A DNA stretch of 64,000 nt, taken from positions 32,001 to 96,000 of IMG/VR virus record IMGVR_UViG_3300043427_003220. One strand, 5' to 3'. The notes beneath the pieces are model-generated. The model saw nothing but the letters and a program-made list of their open reading frames with translations. It had not been told where the DNA came from and did no database searches. Each line of letters starts with the position of its first letter. The stretch's first letter is position 1. The DNA is from a virus (lineage: Duplodnaviria > Caudoviricetes). The translations under genes and the position numbers were made by a program. Below, piece by piece: positions 36,842-46,701 of the stretch.

Positions 36842-37381
36842 TCAAAAGAAAATTTCTTCAAATTCTTCGTAATCTCTTTCAAAAATTTGCATAGCTTGAG
36901 ACTTGTCATAAAAAGAACGCAAAACGGGATGATGGGTCACATTATCTACTTCTGCAAATACCCACTTAGTTCTAGAAGACTTATGAAATAAAATAGAACC
37001 AACTGAAAATGGGAGCTTTTTGATTTCAGGCTTCTTGTTTTCTTCTTTGGCCGCCCAGCCATGATTTCTTAAAGATGGAGGTTGAGGCTGATATGCTGCT
37101 GGAGAAACTCCTGCCACACTGGACGACATCCCTGTACTCAAGTCAATCTTAACTGTCATGCACAAATTAGAGTCGTAATACTCAACTACGTTCGTCCAAT
37201 GATCGTAGGTTGCAGATGCAAGCCTCTTAATAACAGAGTCGTGCATGTCTAGTGCCGTGTAACTAGGCCACACCATAGTGAACTGATGGTTGTTATTGAC
37301 ATCCATTGTGCCATCAGCTTGCAAAACAGCATTTAATACCGAATCATAAAAAATATCATTTTTATTAAGTGGATACGCCAT
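36842..37381 (-). CDS. Hypothetical protein
   Basis: About 179 aa, AGGAG RBS. Confidence 0.6.
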   Translation of the reverse strand: MAYPLNKNDIFYDSVLNAVLQADGTMDVNNNHQFTMVWPSYTALDMHDSVIKRLASATYDHWTNVVEYYDSNLCMTVKIDLSTGMSSSVAGVSPAAYQPQPPSLRNHGWAAKEENKKPEIKKLPFSVGSILFHKSSRTKWVFAEVDNVTHHPVLRSFYDKSQAMQIFERDYEEFEEIFF

Positions 37382-37613
37382 CGTCAACTCCTAGGAAGCT
37401 GATTTCATTATTTTCTTTGTCAAAATCACACTCTACAAAATTATCATCAAGAAATTTATCAATAGCTTCAATAAGTTGCTTTGTATAAGCTTCGTTGCCG
37501 GAATAAATTACGCGCATAATGTGTCCAAGCTCACCTTTGGTTCCCAAAGATAGCAACAACACATCCAATGACTCAGAATAAAAATATTTACCTTCTTGAT
37601 CATATTTACTCAT
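37365..37613 (-). CDS. Hypothetical protein
   Basis: AAGGAGG RBS, first gene after a sigma-28 motif. Confidence 0.65.
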   Translation of the reverse strand: MSKYDQEGKYFYSESLDVLLLSLGTKGELGHIMRVIYSGNEAYTKQLIEAIDKFLDDNFVECDFDKENNEISFLGVDDGVST

Positions 37614-37634
37614 ATTGCCTCCTTTGTAATATTC

Positions 37635-37661
37635 TTATCGACGGCTTGACATTATTCTTTA
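37635..37661 (-). promoter_or_regulatory. Sigma-28-type promoter
   Basis: Minus strand reads TAAA-gaataatgtcaagcc(15)-GTCGATAA, then AAGGAGG and ATG at 37613. Confidence 0.8.
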
Positions 37662-37870
37662 TACATTTCTTTTATAACAATTCCAACAAAAATTAAAAAT
37701 CCAATAATAATAACATCTTGCATTTTTTCTCCTATATTTTTTTAACTTGCATAGATATATTAAATCTGTTATAAAAATCTTGCAAGTTGTTTTTGTTTTT
37801 TAAAAATGTTTGTAAAAATCACGCACTTAAATATTAAAATAGACATGCGTTTTTAAGAAAAGGAGACGAT

Positions 37871-40258
37871 GTGAGCGATGTAGGCAAAAAACCTAGTTTT
37901 AAACAGGTTCGCACAAATGAAATCGTTGTCCCAAAAGGCACCGACATTACTGTTGCAGGGACGATTACGGCGCTCGATGTTAGTGGCATCAGTTTTGTGA
38001 GGCTTACGGCAGCTACTGAATTGCAAGGAATTGTGGCGCCTGAATCTCCCGCAAATGATGGTAAGTTGGTGACAATAACTAACGCCTCCGCTTCCGATTT
38101 GTTTATTAGAAACGAATCAAGCGGAGCAACCGCCGAAAATCGAATTGTTACGGGCGCCGGAAGAGACTTGCGTATTACAGTAGGTGCATCCTTCACTGCC
38201 GCATATGATATCGCATCTTCACGATGGGGAGTGACAGCGTCTTCCGCCGATGTTAATGTTGGTCGTTTAGATATCGGTGTTGGTACCCTTGCGCTTAGCT
38301 CTGAGGATGTCTCCTTAACGCCCGACAACGTAAACGCTTCTTTAATAGAGGTTACCGCTGGAGCCGCTTCTACAATTCGGTCCGTTGATACTGTAAATAC
38401 CGGAAACATAGTTGTTTTTACTAATAAAACAGGAGCGACCGTTCAGGTAAAAGACGAGGACCTCGGCGCTACGGCTACAAACCGTATTCGTACTGGTACA
38501 GGTGGGCCGCTTACTATCCAAAACAATGCCTCTATAATGCTAAGCTATTCAAACGATAGATGGTATGTTGTTGGCGGTACAGGCACAGGCGGGGGAGCCG
38601 TTGAACAGGTTAGTCAAACAGGAATCGGCGTTTTGGCCAACTATCCAGTTGGTACGCCTTTGTATGTTGATGCCACTGCTTGGAATAAAGCAAGCGCTAC
38701 TGCCGCAAATACGGCCGAAGTCGCTGGTTTAATTAGCCGTAGACTAAATGACGACTTGGCAGAAGTTGCATTGGCTGGAGAGGTTAGTGAGGTTACTTCT
38801 GCGGCGTTTATTGAGGGCGTTTTGCCCACTAGAGGCTCCGTTGTATTTCTTTCAACAACGTCTGGATATTTGACCGTTTCCGATACAACAACTATTGGAT
38901 ATGTAAGTAAGCCAATTGGTATTATCCATAATGTAAATGGAAGCCCTACGCCAACGTCCGTTGATATTATGTTCTACAATCAGCGCGGCATCGTTGTTGG
39001 TAGCGTAAACGCAAGAACTCAGATTAACTTGAATGGCTCTGTTGGTTCTCCGACGGTGACACCAATCCAAAATGTTTCTGCTTATGAGGCAGGAGAAATA
39101 GCAGGCTGGATTAACATTGACGCTACGACTGATTATAGTTTTTATTTTCAAACACAATTTGCAAAAATTCCTAACACCTCTAACTATAACATCGCAGTGC
39201 CCCAAACAGTGGGTAGTACACCTCCCGTTGGATTTTCGGTGGATGTGGTTGCAGGAGTCGTACAAGTAACATTGCCAGCACTAGCGGGCTTTGTTAGTGC
39301 ATATGCAAATTTTGCCCTAAACGCTCCCGCCGTGGGCACAAGCTTACCCCTGAGCGTCAATTCCACTAGCGTTTATACAACCTATAAGGCAGTTACTGCT
39401 GCATACAACATTGTTCCAACAGATAGTCTGATTGTTGCTAGCGGTGCGACCACGTATGCAGTAACACTTCCTACGGCAGTTGGAGCTACTGGTACAACAT
39501 ATACGATTAAATCTGATATGAATGCTGGCGTGTTTTTGACCGTTAACACAACCGGCGGACAATTAATTGACTCTTCAAATAACAAAATTTTGCTAAAAGA
39601 CGAAACACTATCAGTTGTTAGCAATGGCACAAAGTGGATAAATTTATCAGCTCCAGCAAATGAAGGGCGCGGTATTGTGCCACTAGGGTCTGTTATTGCG
39701 GTTGGTAATGTGGCGGGATGGGCATTGCCAACGACTGGACAAATTAAAGATGGATACGCTCTTTGCGATGGTCAATCGTTTCCCGCCGGCAGCAATCCGC
39801 TTTTTACTGGAACTATGCCTAACCTAACAGACGATAGATTTTTGAATGGTTCTACAACCGTGGGCGGAACAGGTGGTAGCACTAGCAAAACAACGACCGG
39901 AGTAGGCGCTTCATTTAATAAAAATGTTTTAAACAGCGATCAGATTGCCCACAATCACAAACTACCGTTTTTAGTTGGTACAACATCTGGGGGCGGCGGG
40001 ATCATTTATGGCTTTGCTTCTGCCGCGACTAGCGGAAATGGTTTGTATGGCAACTCTGCGTCCCCGGGGGGAACTATTACAGCCGCAATTGCAACTATTG
40101 CAGGTACAACATCGGCTAGTTTTGCGCAAGTTTCTGACTCCAACACTGCAACAGTTTCGTGGAACTCAGTGACTGTTAATGCGTCAATGACTCAGGGTAC
40201 AATTTCTGACATTCGACCTAAATATTTTAGTGTTGTGTACTTAATGAGAGTAGTATAA
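37871..40258 (+). CDS. Tail fibre protein with C-terminal tail-collar domain
   Basis: VPLGSVIA...GYALCDG...PNL.D.RFL.G...GGTGG...DIRPKY..V.YLMRV. N-terminus paralogous to 47329 and middle paralogous to 25604. Confidence 0.8.
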   Translation: MSDVGKKPSFKQVRTNEIVVPKGTDITVAGTITALDVSGISFVRLTAATELQGIVAPESPANDGKLVTITNASASDLFIRNESSGATAENRIVTGAGRDLRITVGASFTAAYDIASSRWGVTASSADVNVGRLDIGVGTLALSSEDVSLTPDNVNASLIEVTAGAASTIRSVDTVNTGNIVVFTNKTGATVQVKDEDLGATATNRIRTGTGGPLTIQNNASIMLSYSNDRWYVVGGTGTGGGAVEQVSQTGIGVLANYPVGTPLYVDATAWNKASATAANTAEVAGLISRRLNDDLAEVALAGEVSEVTSAAFIEGVLPTRGSVVFLSTTSGYLTVSDTTTIGYVSKPIGIIHNVNGSPTPTSVDIMFYNQRGIVVGSVNARTQINLNGSVGSPTVTPIQNVSAYEAGEIAGWINIDATTDYSFYFQTQFAKIPNTSNYNIAVPQTVGSTPPVGFSVDVVAGVVQVTLPALAGFVSAYANFALNAPAVGTSLPLSVNSTSVYTTYKAVTAAYNIVPTDSLIVASGATTYAVTLPTAVGATGTTYTIKSDMNAGVFLTVNTTGGQLIDSSNNKILLKDETLSVVSNGTKWINLSAPANEGRGIVPLGSVIAVGNVAGWALPTTGQIKDGYALCDGQSFPAGSNPLFTGTMPNLTDDRFLNGSTTVGGTGGSTSKTTTGVGASFNKNVLNSDQIAHNHKLPFLVGTTSGGGGIIYGFASAATSGNGLYGNSASPGGTITAAIATIAGTTSASFAQVSDSNTATVSWNSVTVNASMTQGTISDIRPKYFSVVYLMRVV

Positions 40259-40282
40259 AGTACAAAAAGGGAGATAAATAAA

Positions 40283-40888
40283 ATGGCAATAGTTTCAATG
40301 ATGTTAAGCGTTAACGGCCCAGGGACTGTGCCACTAGGTGCAATCATTCCTGTTGGTAATGTAGGAGCTTGGGCATTGCCAGCCAGTGGAGAAATTAAAG
40401 ATGGCTTTGCTTTATGCGATGGAACATCTTTTCCTTCTGGAAGTCATCCGTCTTTTGCTGGCAATAGACCAAATCTTTCAGATAGTAGATTTTTACAAGG
40501 TTCTAGCTCTGTAGGCGGAACGGGCGGAGCTAATAGCAAAACACTGGCAACTGCTGAGTTGCCTGCACATACTCATAGTATTGAGCATGACCATGGTTCT
40601 GTGAACACAAATACTACCGGAGCGCATCAACATAATATTTTAAACTCCTCTGCTTTTCCAGGAAACATAGACGATGGTGCAGGCGGTAGTAGTTTTGATG
40701 TTTACAACAATGCAACATTTGGTGGAAATGCTTCGGGCATTGACATGATTACCACCTCAAACGGAAATCATTTTCATACTGTAGATTTACCAAATTTTAC
40801 CGGAACATCCGGAAGCGTTGGCTCCGGTACTGCTTTTGACATTCGTCCACAATATTTCGGCGTAGTTTATTTAATGAGGGTAATTTAA
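40283..40888 (+). CDS. Stand-alone tail-collar / short-fibre tip protein
   Basis: Collar motif plus LPAHTH, HQH and HFH metal-binding needle motifs. Confidence 0.8.
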   Translation: MAIVSMMLSVNGPGTVPLGAIIPVGNVGAWALPASGEIKDGFALCDGTSFPSGSHPSFAGNRPNLSDSRFLQGSSSVGGTGGANSKTLATAELPAHTHSIEHDHGSVNTNTTGAHQHNILNSSAFPGNIDDGAGGSSFDVYNNATFGGNASGIDMITTSNGNHFHTVDLPNFTGTSGSVGSGTAFDIRPQYFGVVYLMRVI

Positions 40889-40889
40889 T

Positions 40890-41126
40890 ATGGAATACGT
40901 AATTGTTTATAAATACAAGGCATCTTGGTTTTGGAAAAAGCAAAAAGTAACTGGCCACTCATACAATAAAGAAGTGGACAAGCTAGTTCTTTTTAAGCAA
41001 GATGGTTCTTTAGAAGAGATTGCGGAGTGGTCTAAGCATCACGTTAAACTAGGTGTAGATTTTGTTGCTGCACAAAAAAAGCAAATGGAAAAAGAAACAG
41101 GAACTGATATTAAATTAAATGTTTAA
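40890..41126 (+). CDS. Hypothetical protein
   Basis: 78-aa ORF directly after the fibre gene. Confidence 0.55.
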   Translation: MEYVIVYKYKASWFWKKQKVTGHSYNKEVDKLVLFKQDGSLEEIAEWSKHHVKLGVDFVAAQKKQMEKETGTDIKLNV

Positions 41127-41150
41127 AACAATAATTTAAAGGAGCGTTGT

Positions 41151-42134
41151 ATGAAATATCGCAAATTAAAAATACTAAACATTAGTGAAGTGACTAAGGA
41201 CCTTGAATTACCTGTAAGTGATACAAATTTTTTGTTTCAAAACAATAAGTTAATCACCTACACCGTAGATTATGGCGAAGTAAAACAAAATCAAGAAGAT
41301 GATGCCAGCCGAGAATTGGAAGAGTTTCTAAAAGAACAAGAAAAGAAAAAAAGAGAAAGTATTTATGATTTTGAACAAAAATTTCAACTCAGGGCAGGGG
41401 TTTGGTTTTTTGACCAGCAGGAAGGCTTAAAGGAAATTCCAGAGAGTAAAGAAAAATTTTACGAAACTGAAACAAGCGTTAAATTAAAAAAAATGTTTAT
41501 AAATTTTTTTGAAAAAAGTAATTTGGTTTCCGATAAATTTAACAAAAAAAAGAGAGCATATCTTCTTCACTCAGAACCTGGAATGGGCAAATCAGCCATG
41601 ATTCGTCATTTTTATAGAGGTATTTTGAAGCAAGAGGGGGTTTGCGTTTTACAAGTCAATGGAGATGTTGATTTTCAACAACTTATTAATATTTTTTTAG
41701 CAAATTACAAAGAAGATGTAAAAAAAATTGTTTTAGTTATTGAAGATTTTGGTAAACGCGATTACGGAAATAATATGTCTATTTGGAACCCAAGTTGTTT
41801 AAACTTTCTTGACGGTATGCAAGGATTGTTTCGTGTGCCTACTTTGATTATTTGTACAACAAATTTTCTTGAGCATCTTGGTGCGCAGCTCACAAATAGA
41901 CCTGGAAGGTTTAATAAAATCATCAAAGTTTTACCGCCAAACGACGAAGAAGTTTTTGATTTAGTTAAAGCAATTAACGGAATAGAATTAACGGATTCAC
42001 AAAAAGAAGCTTTTCGCGGAAAACAAATGACCCCTGATCATGTAATTGAGGCAATTTTAAGGCACGAAATCGAAGAAATACCGATTGACGAGGCCGCTTA
42101 TGAAGTTATGAAAGAACGCGAAGGGTTAAGGTAA
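41151..42134 (+). CDS. AAA+ ATPase
   Basis: Walker A HSEPGMGKS, Walker B LVIED, LN.LDG, TTN and NRPGRF (second region of homology). Confidence 0.88.
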   Translation: MKYRKLKILNISEVTKDLELPVSDTNFLFQNNKLITYTVDYGEVKQNQEDDASRELEEFLKEQEKKKRESIYDFEQKFQLRAGVWFFDQQEGLKEIPESKEKFYETETSVKLKKMFINFFEKSNLVSDKFNKKKRAYLLHSEPGMGKSAMIRHFYRGILKQEGVCVLQVNGDVDFQQLINIFLANYKEDVKKIVLVIEDFGKRDYGNNMSIWNPSCLNFLDGMQGLFRVPTLIICTTNFLEHLGAQLTNRPGRFNKIIKVLPPNDEEVFDLVKAINGIELTDSQKEAFRGKQMTPDHVIEAILRHEIEEIPIDEAAYEVMKEREGLR

Positions 42135-42170
42135 AAATCTAAAAAATCAATACTTGCAGAGATTTTTATT

Positions 42171-43523
42171 ATGGCAATAAAAATAGTATATCAGGGCCCA
42201 AATGGTGCAATCGCCTTAGATGAGCAGCAAAATACGACTGTTTCAAGTAATTATACTGTTCAACCATCGGATTATATTATTACAGCAACGGGCGCTGGTA
42301 GCTTTGCTATCACGCTGCCTCCCGCAGGTCCGTCCAACGGAAAAAATATATTAATTAAATGTTTAACAACAGCTTCAATTACGGTTAGCGCACAAGTGGG
42401 CGAATTTATTGATTCTTCTCCGTCTAGAGTTTTAACTAACGGAGAAGTTCTTGATATTATTAGCGATGGCACTAAATGGGTTGACACCATAGGAACGTCT
42501 ATTTCTGGTTCAAAAATTATAGATGGAACAGTTACAGATACAAAATTATCATCAAACGCCGTAACAGAAGCTAAGATAGCGAGCAATGCCGTCACAGAAG
42601 CTAAGATAGCAAATAATGCAGTAACCGCCGCAAAAATTGCAACTGGTGCAGTTGGAAATGATGAAATAAATACCTCTTCCAGTCCTACAGTAAATACAAT
42701 TTATACAAACAATTGGTTTAGAAGCAATGGGGCAACTGGTTGGTACAACCAAACTCATGGCGGCGGTATTTTTATGGAGGATTCCTCTTACATTAAAGTT
42801 TATAATAGCAAGGCTTTTATGCCTTCTGCCGGCAGCGGAAACAACGGAATTGTTTGGCCGTCAAACCCCGGCGGCGGCAGTGGAGATTCGGCCTCTATTA
42901 AATATTATCCAATCAGCGGAGAAAGCTGTCGTCTAGTTTTACAAATTGCAAATGATTCCGATGATGATATAGAACTAAAAACCTCGACTGCTAGCTTACG
43001 AGTTAGCTCTGGCTTATCTTTTATAGGTCAATCGTATGCCTATATGCGAGCTGATTCCGGCGGTCAGTTTACTGCAATAATAGCATCTCCGGGTGGTAAT
43101 TTTCAATCTTCTTGGCCATCTGGATGGGGCGGTGGTTTGGCTACTTGGGATATTATCTGTGCTTCTATTCAGGGCAATATTGTTAATACATCGGACGCTC
43201 GAATTAAAGAAAATGTAAACTCAATTGACAGTGGTCTTGATTTTGTTTTAAAACTAAAACCTGTATCGTTTTATTGGTCTAAAGATTATAATACTTCTCT
43301 TAAAAATCAGCAGTTTGGATTTATTGCGCAAGATATTGAAAAAATTATGCCAGAATTAGTTATTGCGGGCAGTTATGATCATTTTAATCAAACCGAAGGT
43401 GTACGAAGTCTTAATTATATTGGAATAATCCCCTTTTTGACAAAAGCTATCCAAGAACAACAGGAACAAATTCAATCACTTGAAGAACGGATTAAAAAAC
43501 TAGAAGAGTTGATAAAATCTTAA
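42171..43523 (+). CDS. Tail fibre with C-terminal S74 intramolecular chaperone
   Basis: AVTEAKIASN repeats, shufflon-like NNWFRSNGATGWYNQTHGGGIFM segment, and TSDARIKENV...LKPVSF.W...GFIAQD...L.KAIQEQQ. Confidence 0.88.
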   Translation: MAIKIVYQGPNGAIALDEQQNTTVSSNYTVQPSDYIITATGAGSFAITLPPAGPSNGKNILIKCLTTASITVSAQVGEFIDSSPSRVLTNGEVLDIISDGTKWVDTIGTSISGSKIIDGTVTDTKLSSNAVTEAKIASNAVTEAKIANNAVTAAKIATGAVGNDEINTSSSPTVNTIYTNNWFRSNGATGWYNQTHGGGIFMEDSSYIKVYNSKAFMPSAGSGNNGIVWPSNPGGGSGDSASIKYYPISGESCRLVLQIANDSDDDIELKTSTASLRVSSGLSFIGQSYAYMRADSGGQFTAIIASPGGNFQSSWPSGWGGGLATWDIICASIQGNIVNTSDARIKENVNSIDSGLDFVLKLKPVSFYWSKDYNTSLKNQQFGFIAQDIEKIMPELVIAGSYDHFNQTEGVRSLNYIGIIPFLTKAIQEQQEQIQSLEERIKKLEELIKS

Positions 43524-43547
43524 TATTGTTAATAAAAGGAAATAATC

Positions 43548-43970
43548 ATGGCTAGTTCAGCAATTGCAGGATTAACTTTAACCGACCTCCAAACACGCTA
43601 TCAAGATGGGTCGCTTAAATTAGATTATGGTGTTTTTAGCCCCACCGTGGATGTAAGTAGTAATACCGTTAATGCCGCTTTAGGGGCAAATTTTAAAGCT
43701 TTGGGGTCGGGAAACAGAACTCTTTCTGTACATAACATGAAAGACGGACAATCTGTCTCTATATTAGTACAGGGCGCCGTAAATAATACAATCACTATTG
43801 CCGCGTATTCTGATGCTGGCTCAACTGCATTGTCTGTGAAATTTGCTGCGGGCCAAGACGGCATAATGGCATCTGCGTGGTCTTTGTTCACCGTAATGAG
43901 AATTGGCGGCACTAGCGGCGCGGGCGCTAACTTTGCAATCGTTGGCGTAATGCACGGAATACCTGCATAA
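43548..43970 (+). CDS. Small virion protein, paralogue of 31954..32349
   Basis: Clear sequence similarity along the whole length. Confidence 0.7.
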   Translation: MASSAIAGLTLTDLQTRYQDGSLKLDYGVFSPTVDVSSNTVNAALGANFKALGSGNRTLSVHNMKDGQSVSILVQGAVNNTITIAAYSDAGSTALSVKFAAGQDGIMASAWSLFTVMRIGGTSGAGANFAIVGVMHGIPA

Positions 43971-43981
43971 AAGGAGACAAC

Positions 43982-45247
43982 GTGATTTTTAACGCTCCAA
44001 TGAAATTAACCCCTCAAAGGGTTGTAGAAGTGGAAGAAAGATTTTCAACTTCTACAACAAAAACAATGACCTCTGCTTATGTTCCTCAAAGTATCAAAGT
44101 TTGGGGAATTGGAGGAGGAGCCGGTGGAGAAAAGGGCGCAACGGGAGCGCAGTGTGCAGGTGTTAATATAGGAAACGCCGGAGTTGGATATGCCGGAACA
44201 AATGGCGGAGATGGCGGAAGTGCAATTGGCGGTCAGGGAGGAGCGGGCTATCAAGGTGGAACGGGTGGTAGCTCAGGAAGAAAAGGAAATAAAGGGTCAG
44301 GAAATTTAAATTCTTATAGCAGTGAAACAAATTTCGACTCTCATTCTGCGTATATTGGAAATACTTTACTAACAGTAACGATCGGTAATGCAGGAACTGG
44401 CGAAGTCATCTCACCCGCCTCAGCGGCAACAAATGGCGGCAATACCACTATTAATATAGGTGGAAATGTTGTTTCAACGTATTTGGGCGGTTCTGGCTTG
44501 CTTGCTGGGGTTGTTGCAGGAAGTGCGGGCAACAGCGGAACAGCTTCATCCGCAACTTGGACAAATAAAAATAAGTCTAATTCAGGAAAAACTGGAGCCA
44601 GTCAGGCTTGGGGCGGCCCTGGAGGGCAGGGAGGACAGGGAGGCAACGGCGGAGCTTCCTCGGTAAACAGCGGCGTATCTATAACGGGATTGTTTGCAAA
44701 TACTTATGGCTCTGGAGGAGCCGGAGGAACAGGCGGCAAGGGAGGAACGGGAGCCGAAGGTGGAGGAGGAGGTTTTGCCGAGGGAGGAGGCGGAGGAGGA
44801 GGAATTTCTCCCCTTTCAAGCGGCGGTAGTGGCTATTGCGGCGGAGGCGGAGGAGGCGGAGGCGCTAATCCTCTAACTAGCGGAGCTGCCGGCGGAAGTT
44901 CCTCAAATGGATATTTTGGCAACTTTGCTGGCAGTGGAATTGACTTTGGTTTTGGAATGACTATTGGCGGCGGCGGTGGCGGCGGCGGTGGAAGAAGCGG
45001 AAATGGCTTTGTTGGAGGAAACGGCGCTGATGGTGGCTTGGGGGGAGCAGGCGGAGCGGGAGGAGGAGGAAAAGGAGGCAATGGCGGTGTGGCAGGCGTT
45101 GGAAGCGGTCCCCCCACTGTTGGCGCAGGCGGAGCTGGCTATAGCGGTTCCGGCGGAACCCCATCTAAACCCGCCGGTGCAGTAGGTACCAATGGCAGTA
45201 ATGGAACGAGTGGATTTGTAATTATTAAATATAAAATATTTAAATAA
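43982..45247 (+). CDS. Glycine-rich adhesin-like virion protein, paralogue of 32351..33745
   Basis: Same conserved ends (VEERF.TST.KTM..YVP.SIK.WGIGGGAGG and IIKYKIFK). Confidence 0.75.
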   Translation: MIFNAPMKLTPQRVVEVEERFSTSTTKTMTSAYVPQSIKVWGIGGGAGGEKGATGAQCAGVNIGNAGVGYAGTNGGDGGSAIGGQGGAGYQGGTGGSSGRKGNKGSGNLNSYSSETNFDSHSAYIGNTLLTVTIGNAGTGEVISPASAATNGGNTTINIGGNVVSTYLGGSGLLAGVVAGSAGNSGTASSATWTNKNKSNSGKTGASQAWGGPGGQGGQGGNGGASSVNSGVSITGLFANTYGSGGAGGTGGKGGTGAEGGGGGFAEGGGGGGGISPLSSGGSGYCGGGGGGGGANPLTSGAAGGSSSNGYFGNFAGSGIDFGFGMTIGGGGGGGGGRSGNGFVGGNGADGGLGGAGGAGGGGKGGNGGVAGVGSGPPTVGAGGAGYSGSGGTPSKPAGAVGTNGSNGTSGFVIIKYKIFK

Positions 45248-45259
45248 GGAGAAAAAACA

Positions 45260-45805
45260 ATGGCTTTTAAGGGATACATTTCGTCAAATACGTATACTAG
45301 CATCGAAAACATAATTTATGAAAAACCTACAAAAAGATGCACCGCAGCATTGTCCGTGTATCAGGACGAGTCCAAAGAAATACGCTTAGGCAATACTTCA
45401 ATTACGATTGAAGGGCATTTCTTAGTACCATCTCTTGTCTCCTTAAAACCTGTCAAAACTGTTCCAAGCGATATTGAACAAGGGGTGTTTTTTCTCATTG
45501 CTCAGGATGCTGAAGACAACTTGAAAGGATTAGACGGCAGAATTGCCAGAATCGGCCTATCAGGAGATGTTGAGTCCTATATACCTGAAAATGAAAGATT
45601 TTTACTATACGTTGAAGACGAGCAAAAATATTACAGCTACAAAAATAATAAATGGATTGAAACTACAGAAGTGTTGTCTGATAAAAGAATTTGGGATAAA
45701 TGGTTTGCTCCAGAAGTTGCCCTATTAAATGGCAACAATACTACAAAACAAATGTACGGGTTTATGAAAACATTGCCACAATTTAAAAATTGCGTAGACG
45801 CTTAA
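45260..45805 (+). CDS. DUF2793-like fibre-associated protein, copy 1
   Basis: F.IA.DAE....G.DGRIA...YVEDE.KYY.Y....W core and LPQFKNCVDA end. Confidence 0.6.
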   Translation: MAFKGYISSNTYTSIENIIYEKPTKRCTAALSVYQDESKEIRLGNTSITIEGHFLVPSLVSLKPVKTVPSDIEQGVFFLIAQDAEDNLKGLDGRIARIGLSGDVESYIPENERFLLYVEDEQKYYSYKNNKWIETTEVLSDKRIWDKWFAPEVALLNGNNTTKQMYGFMKTLPQFKNCVDA

Positions 45806-45858
45806 AAATAATTGTAGATTTTGCCTCCATTTCTTGATATGAAGGGATTGGAGGCTTT

Positions 45859-46020
45859 ATGCTTAAGTATCAGTTTACTGTAAGAAAGAGCCCCACAGTA
45901 GGGGCAGGAGGCCCTTCCGGCGGCGCATCGGCCTCTGGTGGAGCGGCTGGACAATCTGGAACGGCTGGACAATCTGGCAAAAATGGAATAATGATTATTA
46001 GATATAAAATATTTAAATAA
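45859..46020 (+). pseudogene. 53-aa remnant/chimera carrying the C-terminus of a third glycine-rich adhesin
   Basis: MLKYQFTVRKS fused to PTVGAGGPSGG...GQSGKNGIMIIRYKIFK. Confidence 0.65.
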
Positions 46021-46033
46021 GGAAAAAGTAACT

Positions 46034-46582
46034 ATGGCTTTTAAAAACTATTTAGCACCTAATACGTACACAAACATAAGCAATCTCATTTACGAGAAAC
46101 AACTTAAACGTTGTACTGCAATGTTGGAGATTTGGGCAGACGATACTAAAAAAATTCTTTTAGCTAACAAGGGATTAACCGTTGATGGGGCTATTAGGCA
46201 TCCCGCAGTTCCCAGCCTTGTAGATAAGGAAAACGCCCCGCCTGCTGATACGCAACCGGACAAGTATTATATTATTGCCGATAAGGCGGAAGGTGATTTT
46301 GAAGGATACGAAGGCCAACTTACTAAATACAACCCTATTACTAAAGTTTGGGATAAATGGGTTTTGTGGCACAGTTTAATTGTTTTTGTTGAAGATGAAA
46401 AAAAATATTATCAATTTTTTAATGGAAGCTGGTCAGAACTGCCAGATATGTCAAATGATGCTCGATTGTGGGACACATGGCTTGCACCGGAAGTTGCCCT
46501 ATCAAATGGCAACAACCCTATGCAGCAAATGTATAAGCTAATGAAAACATTGCCACAATTTAAAAATTGCGAAGACGCTTAA
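46034..46582 (+). CDS. DUF2793-like fibre-associated protein, copy 2
   Basis: APPADTQPDKYYIIADKAEGDFEGYEGQL...FVEDEKKYYQFFNGSW. Confidence 0.65.
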   Translation: MAFKNYLAPNTYTNISNLIYEKQLKRCTAMLEIWADDTKKILLANKGLTVDGAIRHPAVPSLVDKENAPPADTQPDKYYIIADKAEGDFEGYEGQLTKYNPITKVWDKWVLWHSLIVFVEDEKKYYQFFNGSWSELPDMSNDARLWDTWLAPEVALSNGNNPMQQMYKLMKTLPQFKNCEDA

Positions 46583-46701
46583 AAATAATTATGGTTTTTA
46601 TTTAAAACTTAGTTAAAATAAAGAAAGACAAAATAGACAATTTAAAAAATGGTACAATATAATTGTCGAGTGTAAACTATTTAAATAAGGAAAATCGAAT
46701 C

